From Orbicella franksi (taxonomy: Eukaryota): a stretch of DNA of 64,000 bases. Each line of letters opens with the position of its first letter. Positions within the stretch are counted from its first letter, which is position 1. The translations under genes and the position numbers were made by a program. The notes below the pieces were generated by a model, which was given only the letters and a program-made list of their open reading frames with translations, was not told the DNA's origin and ran no database searches. Of this stretch, positions 52,301 through 60,129 are shown in pieces. The stretch lies in the NCBI GenBank assembly GCA_964199315.1, contig OZ116704.1:15128001-15192000 (forward strand), given 5' to 3'.

Positions 52301-53316
52301 TACGCTCAGTCACGCGGTAACCTGATGTCGCGTGGTGTGTCACGTCAAGTGTCCCGTGCCCAAGCTTCGTCACGCACTGCCACTAGTTTGCCAATCTCTG
52401 GAAAAGCTGCTAGCCAGCCTAAAGAAGACGAAGACCTCTACTTCACTTTCTTGCAGGTATGTTCACGTTTTTTTTTTTGGTCGATTCAGTCTTATTAAAA
52501 CATAGGTGAGCTATCCCTTAGTGTGTTTTTTTTTTCACCGTAGGTGAGTTTACGCTCATACTTTCGGTAAGGGACGGACCATCTTTTGGGGGGGGGTTGG
52601 GGGGGGGGAGGGTTATTGGGCAATTTTCTCGGGGAATGAAATATTTTTCTCATCTTTAGGTTGTGCATGAGTTTTTTTTTTCGGTGGGCAATGGCTTGTG
52701 CAATAATTTTTTTAAAGTCAAACAGAGAACCTAGATAGTAGTAAGCACTTGTTGTTTTTGTTTTTTGGCTTCCCTTACACGATTATATTTTCAGCAGTGT
52801 TTGTTGTGCAAGGATTTTTTTGGAAATTGCCCAATCCCCTACCCCACCCCCCTCAAAAAGATTTGGTACTTGTATTAACTTATTTTACGATCTCTAATCC
52901 AGGTTCAAGTTGATGACATGCAAGACACTGTGGACAGCTTAAATCAGGAGTTTGCTCAGCTTTCCAGGCAATCTTTAGATGTCACCACTAACCTGCGAGA
53001 ACTGGAACAGGAACTGCTGGCTCAAACTGACCTCTTCAGGGAGTCAGCGGAGGGCAGCACGGAGCATGCACAGCACAAGAATGCCGTTCGACAGACCACT
53101 ACCAAAATAACGACCGCAAAGGCTTCGCTGGAATCCATCAACTTACAGAAGAGCAACTGTTTGGAGCGACTAAATTTGTTCAAGAAAAGACTGGAAGAAA
53201 AACAAGCACAGCTGGAACAACATGCCAGCAAGCCAGAGAGTGAACGAAAACAGCAAGCAGAGAGAAAATTACAGTCTGCCATGGGAAAAACACAGAAGAA
53301 GAAAACAAAGAAATGA
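108..53316 (+). CDS. Giant Cys-rich (GCC2/GCC3, ephrin-receptor-like repeat) single-pass membrane protein with long coiled-coil cytoplasmic tail; 5'-incomplete; 56 exons, about 6,780 aa in window
   Basis: Hand-spliced GT-AG exons, all phases compatible: 108-479,1340-1522,2094-2266,2704-2796,3053-3250,3729-3851,4915-5097,6833-7027,7584-7735,8261-8429,8646-8780,9543-9695,11773-12119,12880-13045,13751-14084,15169-16368,16818-17203,18131-18326,18887-19511,20092-20345,20746-21324,21555-21741,22109-22323,23017-23178,23266-26229,27082-27201,27459-27947,28479-28718,29111-29287,30072-30425,30989-31594,32127-32609,32798-33045,33697-34093,34703-35170,35761-36204,36719-37314,37847-38695,39481-39667,40323-40618,41082-41235,41709-41983,42479-42715,43226-43423,44034-44237,44449-44625,44997-45119,45678-45857,46411-46638,47164-47367,48055-48135,49101-49454,49809-49971,50431-51108,51489-52456,52903-53316 (TGA). 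Total 20,336 nt = 2 + 6,778 codons. The donor at 30425/30426 (gtggaa) is the weakest boundary. Confidence 0.88.
577..950. mobile_element. Non-autonomous DNA element (MITE) with G-run/C-run termini; related copy at about 43445-43845
   Basis: Starts ccagggggaggggatact and ends agtaccccctccccccgg; non-coding. Confidence 0.5.
3939..3973. repeat. 35 bp perfect palindrome flanked by 7 bp direct repeat CTTAAAC
   Basis: catagttagtggagggg-t-cccctccactaactatg; cttaaac at 3932-3938 and 3974-3980. Confidence 0.85.
4199..4375. mobile_element. Tc1/mariner (pogo-like) MITE
   Basis: TA|CAGTGGAATCCCGA ... TCGGGATTCTACTG|TA: terminal inverted repeats and TA duplication. Confidence 0.8.
4600..4885 (-). mobile_element. 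tRNA-derived CORE-like SINE, copy 1
   Basis: Near-identical to 6530-6790; the minus strand has a tRNA-like head (GGTTCAAG B-box). Confidence 0.7.
5440..5597. mobile_element. Nested TA-flanked MITE
   Basis: tacagttgaacc ... ggtccgactgta; internal ttcgaaataac repeats resemble the 4199 element. Confidence 0.65.
5960..6313. mobile_element. Solo LTR (Gypsy or BEL/Pao type)
   Basis: Termini TGCTACGA ... TCGTAACA (TG..CA inverted); 5 bp target duplication GTGTC at 5955-5959 and 6314-6318. Confidence 0.75.
6530..6790 (-). mobile_element. tRNA-derived CORE-like SINE, copy 2
   Basis: Minus strand reads gtgttcttgggcaagacactttactcgcacaatgcctctctccacccaggtgtataaatggg, resembling the CORE domain. Confidence 0.75.
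7085..7320 (+). repeat. Interspersed repeat family A (second copy at about 33385-33665)
   Basis: Shared catctcatatccaacaagc ... atgatggctaagcca.tgaaaactctt ... ttattcaatgatccagttttt. Confidence 0.75.
7895..8220 (+). repeat. Interspersed repeat family B (copies at about 36298-36620 and 45965-46262)
   Basis: Three aligned copies: aattgact..a..catttaaagagc ... cttgggacagtt.atc ... gtagctc.atcagaaactgtat. Confidence 0.8.
10078..10315. mobile_element. tRNA-derived SINE-like element with inverted tRNA head (10113-10184, minus)
   Basis: Minus strand GGCTTCATAGCTCAGTTGGTAGAGC...GGTTCGATTCCCATTAAAGCC (A and B boxes); anticodon stem unpaired. Confidence 0.7.
10372..10545. mobile_element. MITE (reverse copy at about 39180-39352)
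   Basis: TIR tagaacgttttcac ... gtgaaaacgctct; second copy in opposite orientation. Confidence 0.7.
10575..11260 (+). mobile_element. Penelope-like retroelement 3' fragment: GIY-YIG endonuclease with Cys-rich linker, plus hammerhead-like motif
   Basis: ORF 10637-11080 (CRRTRCQTC...VVYCISC..C..LYIGETGRRLRERFSEHLRSI...VAEHFN); CTGAAGA-agggc-tta-gcct-GAAAC at 11189-11212. Confidence 0.85.
14456..14696. mobile_element. Foldback MITE with long inverted arms
   Basis: aataggtcattttacagttgtctgctcggtgacctggcctttgaatggcagcgaggc...gatacagacctcactgctttt is mirrored by aaaagcagtgaggtctgtatc...ctgtaaaatggtctatt. Confidence 0.85.
15169..16368 (+). CDS. Exon 16 (1,200 nt), Cys-rich repeats
   Basis: Acceptor ttacatag|GC and donor TATG|gtaag; lies within ORF 15138-16385; phase 1-1. 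Confidence 0.9.
18595..18790 (-). mobile_element. Degenerate tRNA-derived SINE
   Basis: Plus strand gggatttgaacccatgacctc is the reverse complement of a B-box-containing tRNA 3' half. Confidence 0.45.
22379..22565. mobile_element. MITE family (copies at 54002-54190 and truncated at about 51300-51375)
   Basis: TIR aataggcca ... tggcctatt; internal tatgaaa.tgagtttgatttgcatga.aat is shared by all copies. Confidence 0.8.
23266..26229 (+). CDS. Exon 25 (2,964 nt), largest exon, Cys-rich repeats
   Basis: Within ORF 23091-26237; acceptor gtacatag|GT and donor GCAG|gtatct. Confidence 0.9.
26740..26910. mobile_element. Palindromic MITE-like element
   Basis: tcgtacctttttggtacacttcg ... cgaagcgtaccaaaaaaggtacga. 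Confidence 0.6.
29312..29588. mobile_element. MITE
   Basis: TIR tagagcggttttc ... gaaaaccgctcta. Confidence 0.75.
30575..30865 (+). mobile_element. Penelope-like 3' remnant (GIY-YIG C-terminus plus mutated hammerhead)
   Basis: Translates SAVGEHCQLTEHSVD...KFLATESSTFKRRIRQAIEI...SLNRDSGF; CTGATGA-agt-tcgg-ttgag-ccga-tc-AAAA at 30828-30856. Confidence 0.7.
37465..37715 (-). mobile_element. tRNA-derived SINE family C (copies at about 46690-46950 and 61037-61130)
   Basis: Shared aggcttaaaa.tcc.aa.tggcgg.aggcagaccagttggct.ttt.caagcatgacc...gaactagggtc; minus-strand tRNA-like head with GGTTCAAGT. Confidence 0.8.
37847..38695 (+). CDS. Exon 38: end of Cys-rich region, RRRRR furin-type site, and non-repetitive juxtamembrane domain (NPTLCL...SHYPRYRKNHLLN...FDYGNFRQL...GTFVFYD)
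   Basis: In frame with ORF 38072-38713; acceptor ccgtag|GAG and donor AAC|gtaag. Confidence 0.85.
38834..39060. mobile_element. TTAA-flanked non-autonomous DNA element (Kolobok/piggyBac-like); copies at about 28118-28340 and 44755-44975
   Basis: TTAA|AGGAGC ... GCTCCT|TTAA; three aligned copies. Confidence 0.7.
39481..39667 (+). CDS. Exon 39: transmembrane helix VIWGMIVFMLICIIMLVIAVIIW (39508-39576) followed by basic RPKSIGRY
   Basis: 23 hydrophobic residues followed by positive charges (positive-inside rule); acceptor aattctag|CCA and donor CCAG|gtacat. Confidence 0.9.
39770..40240. repeat. Probable interspersed repeat rich in ccgatt/aatcgg motifs
   Basis: Starts taataggactgagtggagtccaattcggtctgtaatcat with an internal inverted copy atgattacagactgaattggac; single copy in window. 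Confidence 0.45.
40323..51108 (+). CDS. Exons 40-54: cytoplasmic tail, E/K/Q/R-rich coiled coil
   Basis: Spliced ORFs such as 42467-42727, 47167-47394, 49146-49541 and 50457-51164 show heptad-like charged helices; phases compatible. Confidence 0.85.
40646..41010. mobile_element. PIF/Harbinger-like MITE (inverse copy at about 47433-47800)
   Basis: Two copies in opposite orientation sharing gacaacgtcga, cacagcgataaattt and ccaagaattataacg; termini tagggagt ... aacttccta. Confidence 0.7.
41275..41695 (-). mobile_element. LINE (CR1/L2-like) 3' tail fragment
   Basis: Minus strand encodes WNSIDEDIKSSSLSLFENK...HFIKDY (RT C-terminus-like) followed by a (TTG)n tail; similar tails at about 1690-2010 and 29645-29790. 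Confidence 0.55.
42740..43052. mobile_element. Harbinger-like MITE (second copy at about 55225-55505, inside Shox intron 2)
   Basis: ccgtccacactacg ... cgtagtttggacg termini; shared gctttatttctacggtt.ggcct..cgtccacactaatc.gtcacgaaaacg. Confidence 0.75.
44240..44481 (+). repeat. Tandem duplication (about 121 bp) of an intron plus the first 33 nt of exon 46
   Basis: aaacctgtgaa...cttaccttgtcac..aactcttgatttag|gtca.t.gtgag.gcggtgacgt.acagcacta occurs twice. Confidence 0.9.
49498..49690. mobile_element. MITE
   Basis: cagggccgagttgttcaaag ... ctctcgaacaaccagccc, degenerate TIRs. Confidence 0.6.
51489..52456 (+). CDS. Exon 55: globular cytoplasmic domain with HCLSH (degenerate HExxH-like) motif, then an S/R-rich linker
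   Basis: Within ORF 51314-52498; acceptor tttctcag|CA and donor CAG|gtatg. Confidence 0.85.
52903..53316 (+). CDS. Terminal exon 56: coiled coil ending in polybasic KTQKKKTKK*
   Basis: Acceptor ctaatccag|GTT, in frame with ORF 52918-53316; TGA stop; AATAAA downstream. Confidence 0.85.
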   Translation, partial: VQVDDMQDTVDSLNQEFAQLSRQSLDVTTNLRELEQELLAQTDLFRESAEGSTEHAQHKNAVRQTTTKITTAKASLESINLQKSNCLERLNLFKKRLEEKQAQLEQHASKPESERKQQAERKLQSAMGKTQKKKTKK

Positions 53317-53493
53317 ACATAGAATCGTACTTTCTACTTTTGTAATTTTGTAGTTTAACGTGTTCATATTTATTTTGCATCGATTGCACAAAAGTACTTA
53401 TTTAAGTTATGTAGGCGGAACATAAGGTAACTCATCACAGAATATGATCATGCCGTCGAAAGGAACTATTTTTTTCTAATATTTTTGTACGCC

Positions 53494-53499
53494 AATAAA
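53494..53499 (+). terminator. Candidate polyadenylation signal of the giant receptor gene
   Basis: AATAAA about 180 nt after the stop codon; a second AATAAA near 53550. Confidence 0.4.
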
Positions 53500-54775
53500 G
53501 CGTAGATATAGTTATTTTATAATTGATGCCGGATGCAGTTTGTGTCTACAATAAATTGGTCTGGCTCGAAATCTTCGTGTTTCAGACATCGAGAAAAATG
53601 CAGATTATTTGAGTCACTTTAACACGAAGAAAACTTTCTTTCTGATTTAACACTTGGCCAAAGAAACGCTCTTTCGGGTTAAACTGATTAGTTCCTATTA
53701 CGTTAATTTTTTTTTTCATTCAATGATATTATAGAAGAATACATCGCGCTATTTTGTAATGATTGTTAGAAAAATATTCAGTGTAACATTTATTAATTGT
53801 ATGGAGCTTGAATTAAAAGTAGTTTTGTAAAGAAATGACTGTTTTCTGCTGCTGAGAGTTTGAGTTTTTTAATTTATTTTATTCAGTCACTTAAACACTC
53901 TTACCAGTCGACAGGCTGTTTACATTTCTTATAGATACTTCCACACAAAATCAAAATATTGAAACTGCTGCGAGCGTTGGGAGCCGTTACGATACCTTTT
54001 GCAATAGGCCATATCCGAGTTACCTTGTGCCTCTCTTTAAAAACGAGTCCTCGAGCAAAACCTTTTATATGAGAATGAGTTTGATTTGCATGAGAATAAT
54101 CCTGTAGGTGGAACTCATTTTCATATGAATGGTTTCGCACGAAGACTCGTTCTGACACAGAGACACAAAGCAACTCTAAAAAGGCCAATTCATGACAAAT
54201 GTTGGTTCGCACATGGTTTAGGACGACCGAAGTCTCGTGACAAAATGTGTCGGTATAGGACCGAAGTTCAAAACCACGGTCTCGATTGAGAATTTGGGCC
54301 TGGCACGATTTCAATGGCCTCGCTTATCCTTCTCCTGTAGCCCTCTCTTGTAACCGATCTCCGCCTACAAAGCGCGGCCTGTCTCTTTCAAGTCCAGTTG
54401 TTTGTCTTGTGGTGTTGTGTTCCTTGATCCTGGTGTTGAATGCTCTATGCAGCTGTTTCATCGATGTATTTTCCACGACTGGGCATTCTAATTTGTAAAG
54501 TACGCCGCACGTCTTTGCATAGTCTATAAACGTTTTGATAAAGAACACATCGTCATTTACAAACAAACAAATGTTACTAAATTTTACAGAACTTTTTTCA
54601 CATCGGATTCTCACACAAACACTGTTTAGACATCGTGCTTTAGGCACCCTTAAAATATATCATAGATTAGCTGGGTCCTTTGAGGAAAGCGTTCGATGGA
54701 ATCAGTCCTCGGAACATCTTGTTACCCTGGTAAACCAACCGACCCAAGGAGAAATGAAGCGGCGTTGACTGTGCA

Positions 54776-55090
54776 TTAGTTTGGACCTCCCCAGCTGTGG
54801 TATCGCGCTTTACGTCTCAAGTCTTCGATGCTTGTTTGTTGCTGAAACTGACGAGTATAGTCGCCATGACCGACATTGCCCAGAAAACTGGCGTGGTTGT
54901 ATAGGCACAGGTGTTCGAAGCATCCAGCCCCATACGGACCATGGGATAGTGGCGCCAATGACGACGTTTCCTGTCGTAATGGAGTCACGTGAGTTGGAGG
55001 TTTGTATGTCTGCGTTGCTGCAACAACAAACCCTCTCTGACTTGAGCCGTCTTGCCGACGGCACTTAGCACGTCTGTTTTGGAACCAAAT
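54776..55090 (-). CDS. Shox: Shox-like exon 3 ([13 protein letters not shown] ... OAR motif, stop)
   Basis: Acceptor ttatccacag|ATT TGG TTC CAA AAC AGA; 315 nt open to TAA. Confidence 0.9.
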   Translation of the reverse strand: MWFQNRRAKCRRQDGSSQRGFVVAATQTYKPPTHVTPLRQETSSLAPLSHGPYGAGCFEHLCLYNHASFLGNVGHGDYTRQFQQQTSIEDLRRKARYHSWGGPN

Positions 55091-57827
55091 CTGTGGATAA
55101 AACAGATACTATGGGTAGAAATTGAATAATTGTATTCCCTGCTGTAAAATTTAAAAATATTAAAAGATAAAAATAGTAAACCTGATCTACAATAATCTCG
55201 TACCCGAGCACATGACAACTAAGGCAGCATCCACACCACACCGGAAAAATTTGAAACCGCGGCTTTATTTCTACGGTTTGGCCTATCGTCCACACTAATC
55301 TGTCACGAAAACGAAGCTCTTCGAAACCTGCGAACTCACTTCACCATAATCGTGCGGTTTCCCTAACCGAGTTTTTCTCAAATACAAATCCAACGTAACC
55401 GGTGATTGTTGCGCTTTAAAATTCCTCCGCCCCACTGTGGACAGAAAACATTTGATGCCTTTTCAGAGTGAAACGTCCGTTTTCAAATTCCCCCGGCGTA
55501 GCTTGGCGCTATGTTCACCTACACAATCCCAGAAGCCCTCGCGCGTGTGTCCTACCTGAACTCTTGCCTCTGATAGGCCCATTCTCTTGGCCAGTGTTTC
55601 GCGCGTCAAGGCGTCTGGGTAGTGGGTCTGATCAAAGAGTTTCTCCAGCTCTCGCAGTTGTTCTCTTGTGAAATTTTTCCTGTTTCGCGGTGGTTTACAT
55701 CGATGAGAACGTTTGGGTGACTCATCTAGGAGAAAAAATAAGTAGAAACAGATAAAATACCGAAGAATTCTAACGAAGCCAACAAAAGCCGCTGTCAATG
55801 ACACGTAGTGCGATAACACTGGTCTCTGTCTCGTCGACACTGACTTGCATGCCCCATTAATAATTTATGTAAGACTAGGACTAATCCGATCCTTTAGTGT
55901 GCTAAAGATTTTATAACTTTGTAAAACAACGTTAAGTTCATCTGAACCAGATTTCGAAGGACTCAAACATATATATGCAGGAGAAAAACCAACAGAAAAG
56001 TGAGTCGTTGAATTGCTTGTACAGAGTATAAACACCATTTTTAGTCATGTTTCATTTTTCTACCACTACAGTTTGACTTTTTCATAGTAAATCTTCCATT
56101 TCCTGTATCAACGTCTGCACCGCTATTTCTTTACACCCAGCTCAAGTTCGAAAACTTTTTTTTCATCTCAAGTGGGGAACAAAAGTTAAAGCTCAATCCA
56201 CATCGCATGAGCTTACCGCGGAAAGCGTTCAACACATACACAGAGAAACGCAAAAACAGCGCAAAACAACACATACATTTACGGTGCATGGGAAATCTTT
56301 TTTTCACATTTCTCATTTCTCATAATTAAGTGCAGCAAAAGGGATCAGCTAGCTAACAGTTTGAAAAACTAATCACTACAACTAAGCCTACTGAATTAGA
56401 AAAGAAAAGATTCTGAAACTTGCGTTTGCGTCAATGTTAACTGCAAGGGTTTTTTTTTGTATCTTGATGTTTAATTACATAATCTTAGTGTTGCACGTTT
56501 ATAGAAGTCCATTACCATGCTTAGAGACTGAAAATTTTAATTTAGTAGAATTGAGTGGCTTCAACGGATGTTCTTTCTGCCTGGAATTCGTATCAATATA
56601 ATCTATTCAATACATCTTGTTATCAAATGCGTATTTTTCTACCATGAGATAAATTACAATTTATCAGGTCTTAAGTGCAAAGTCGGACCAAAGAAGACAA
56701 AGTATAGCTTGTTCAATAAGCCTTTTCATGCTTTTATAGAGACATGCACACTATTTTTTCTCTCACTTACCATGCATTTCTCTCACTGAATATCAAATCC
56801 GGAGTTAAAATGATATTCTCCAGTTGAAGATTTTATTTCTGGTCTCATGTCTGTTTATCAATATACGCTACTTTTTAAAATGCCGATCGCATATTGAATC
56901 CTGACGCCATTTTATACTTTTGCTTTGTTACAAAAAAGAGGAAACTGTCATTTCCAACTTTTTCTGTTCTCATCCAAAGCAAATCGTGTCACTCAAACTG
57001 CAGAGAAATTAAGACTTGATTTAATAAAGAAACTTCTGTTTTTCTCCTTGTGGTCAACCGTTGTCAAATTTGCGATGAACTCATAATTTCGATGACTTGC
57101 TATGACTGTTCATACTAACAGTGATATCTTGGATGACGTCTTGGGTCTATGGCTCGCTTGATAAAGGAAACTTCATTAACAATTCTAGCCATCAGCCTTT
57201 ATTTGAAAATCGCTTTTGGTAAATTTAAGGGACGCTTGTGTCACTGGCGCACTTTTTTCAAATTTCAACCACGACTACACAAAGCACAGTTGAAGGTCCT
57301 GTTTTAAAGAAAGGAGTCTGAAATTTCAAAGAAATAGAATTGATAAACAGACATATAGCGATAAAAAAGTATATTAAGACTATTAAGTTAATCAGTCATG
57401 TTAAATTTGTAAGTTCACGAAACACGATGTATTGAAACGGCTAAATCTATTTTAAGTTGAAACTATCGTTTAAACTCTTGTGTTGCAGTTTACTAACAAC
57501 TTGTTTGACCTTGAATGGCTTACAACGAGGGGAGAGATAACAAACTCTAACATGCATTTCTAAAGGATTTAAATATGAATAGTTTTCTTTCTTACCTTGA
57601 ACATTATAACTTCTTATCTCGTTTTGTGGATCATCAGTTTGATTAACGCGTGGACCAGTTCGTTTGTCGCTTAAAATTTCTGCAATGCTGAATGGTAGAG
57701 ACACTAAATTCGAAGAAGCAGAAGGCATATTGTTGTGGTCTCTCTCGGCTTTAGGGTCAGTCTGTGTTCTTCTGTTTTCCCGCTTTCCTTTGTCAAACCT
57801 CGAAACGAAAGCGGTCAGACCCTCCAT
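54776..57827 (-). CDS. Shox: PRD-class Q50 homeobox gene, Shox-like, 3 exons (57827-57596, 55725-55556, 55090-54776), about 238 aa
   Basis: Spliced homeodomain [46 protein letters not shown]|[13 protein letters not shown]. It matches SHOX ([59 protein letters not shown]), including NFT, LFD.THYPDA and AKCR. C-terminal OAR motif [13 protein letters not shown]; N-terminal eh1-like FSIAEIL; classic PRD intron between homeodomain codons 46 and 47. Confidence 0.85.
55556..55725 (-). CDS. Shox: Shox-like exon 2 (homeodomain helices 1-2 and start of helix 3)
   Basis: Within ORF 55463-55840; acceptor ttctcctag|AT and donor CAG|gtagg. Confidence 0.9.
57596..57827 (-). CDS. Shox: Shox-like exon 1 (eh1/octapeptide PFSIAEILS); start may alternatively be the internal Met of MPSASS
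   Basis: ORF 57447-57827; donor CAAG|gtaag, phase 1, joins exon 2 as GAT (Asp). Confidence 0.75.
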
Positions 57828-60129
57828 TTAACATCAAATGGTCACTTACACAACCAATTGCGGTATATTTGTTTTCAGTTCAGTTTAGAAATGAATGTTT
57901 GGCGAACATATTGCTCTCTTCAGCTTTACGCAGTTGTCGGACACGCACCGATATTCACACTGGCGGATTTTGACACGGTTAATAAAACACACAAGCAAAA
58001 CAATGATATTAGTTCTTAAGGATTGTTAATTAAGAGCTCATCGCTGATTAATCAATTTTATTATTTTCGTTATTAGTGACAGTTTATTAAGCTAAACTTT
58101 CGCCCCCTACTATTTGTTTCTTTGTGTTCTTATGGAACCACACCGCGTCCCACAAAACGCGACGGAAAATAATTTCAAACATTATTAAACTTAAATTTCA
58201 AGCTGCGACTTCCACAGTCAAGATGAAAATACCGTGTGCGTCCATTTTACAACAGGAAAACATCACCCTGGCACTTTCCCGCTGTGAAATTATTTCCTTA
58301 TTAATTAAGTTCTTTCAGAGCTGTCAATGGTTTTGATAAATGCGTCACGCTTTTGATGGTAAAGATAAGAGACAACCGCCCGCATATTTTGGAATTCTAT
58401 TTTAAAATCATACAAGCAATTCATTGTAATCACGGCTAGCTGCCTTGAGCAGGAGAAACAAAATTAAAATCACTTTCTCAGGCGCGCGTTTGGGCGGTTT
58501 CAGTACAAAACACGTTGTCATAATTTACAGTGCGGCGTTTCGCGTTCCCGCAGAGTAAAGAGTAAATTGACTCCCGCTATATTTCGCCAGCTTGCTCCTG
58601 TAACCAACTGTTCCTTTGTACGATAAAAATTCTAAATTATAAAGCCACTTAGGAGTTCCTGTAAACAGAATTTTTTTTGCAATGATAATAGTTTGGCTCG
58701 TTTCTTTGCGCTTAAACCTAAAATTATGTTGAAATGTGCGAGGGTAGATATCTATCTATGATGTCCCACCTTGTTTCTCCCGTGGTGGTGTTTGACTTAA
58801 AATTAATCTCCACAACATTCTAACCACAAGCAATTAAAGAGATTTACCAGTTGACAGACATTCAAGAAACTCAGTGTTTTGAAAAAAATTCAAACTGTTG
58901 ATACGAATTGTGGTTTAAGTAACTTGCCAGAAATAAGAGATTTATTTTAAAAGGATAATTTTCTAACTGTACTTGAGTGATTTCAATGTTTGGGTGAAAC
59001 TAGTATAAGCGATCAACGTTGTTTGTCAAAATATCACGGGGTAATGGTACCCCCTGTTAGGTGACTTCTGTGTTTAGTTTAATATATACGTGCTTATTGT
59101 GGATACCTCAGTTTGAACTCTTAAACTTGCTGCTTTATATACCAATGGGAAATTTTTTTTCACTTTATATTTTCCTGCGACTTTCCTTGGGAACGCGCGA
59201 AACCAGTGTTAGCGTTCGCCATGTTTGCCTCACAATATTCACCAGATGAAAGTCTGTTTCGTTAATTTTTGTGGCATAGTGTTTTCTAAAACACCTTGTA
59301 TTTCCCTTAGATCGAAATATCTCGTAATTAAGTTCTTGCGGTCGTGAAAGGATAACCTATAAAACAGTTATTAGCTTTTTTAATCAGATAATTGAGATAT
59401 CTTTCATGCAGTCAAAGTGGAAGACGTTAAGTGTGACAGATGTTGACAAAGAAATTGACCTTGGCAACGAGAGCAAGAAACGATGATGGTAAAGGTTGTT
59501 ACAAATAGAAAGAAATACCTTCAAATCTTATCTTCATTTTGATTAACGTAATATCGATGACAAAAAATAGTTGAATTTTAAGGGAGAAAAATACTTCCAG
59601 GGCAAAAAAGAGAGAAAATAGTCTAGGACTTTATTCACACCGAAGCTATGAAAATCCGACCACACAGGAAGCTAAATTGTCACGGGACTGCAAGAGAGAT
59701 GCCATTTGTTAACCTTGATGGTTTTTTAATATTTTTGCAGGGACACCTAAAAGCATTCTGATCAGTGTATGATCAAACTCCGATAAAAAATAGGGAGCGA
59801 GGGTAAAACCAACAAAACCACTTTTTACCACCGCATCATGATTTTCTATTTATCAGATCTATTTGACTCTGTGAGAGAGAGATTCCCTCGGGAAGGGAGA
59901 GGGAAAGGAGACGCTAATTTGCCATTTGACTAGCGTTCTCGCTGTGGCTTCTTTCATGCCTTCCTAGGGCTGTTAACCTGTGAATTTTAGCCCACTGTGC
60001 GATTCACCCGCCTAGCATTGCGTATTCTTTTTTTCAGCGTTTTCTAGGTTATACTGTAAGTTTAAAAATAGAAGAACCGTAGCCAGGACAAAACATATTA
60101 AAAATTTATAAAAAACGTTCACTGGCTAT

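Noticed and set aside
55556-55725. Rx, Arx, Otp or homeobrain identity for the homeobox
   Set aside because: Those families have TTF/TRF and AKW/AKF; this sequence has [13 protein letters not shown] and AKCR, as in Shox.
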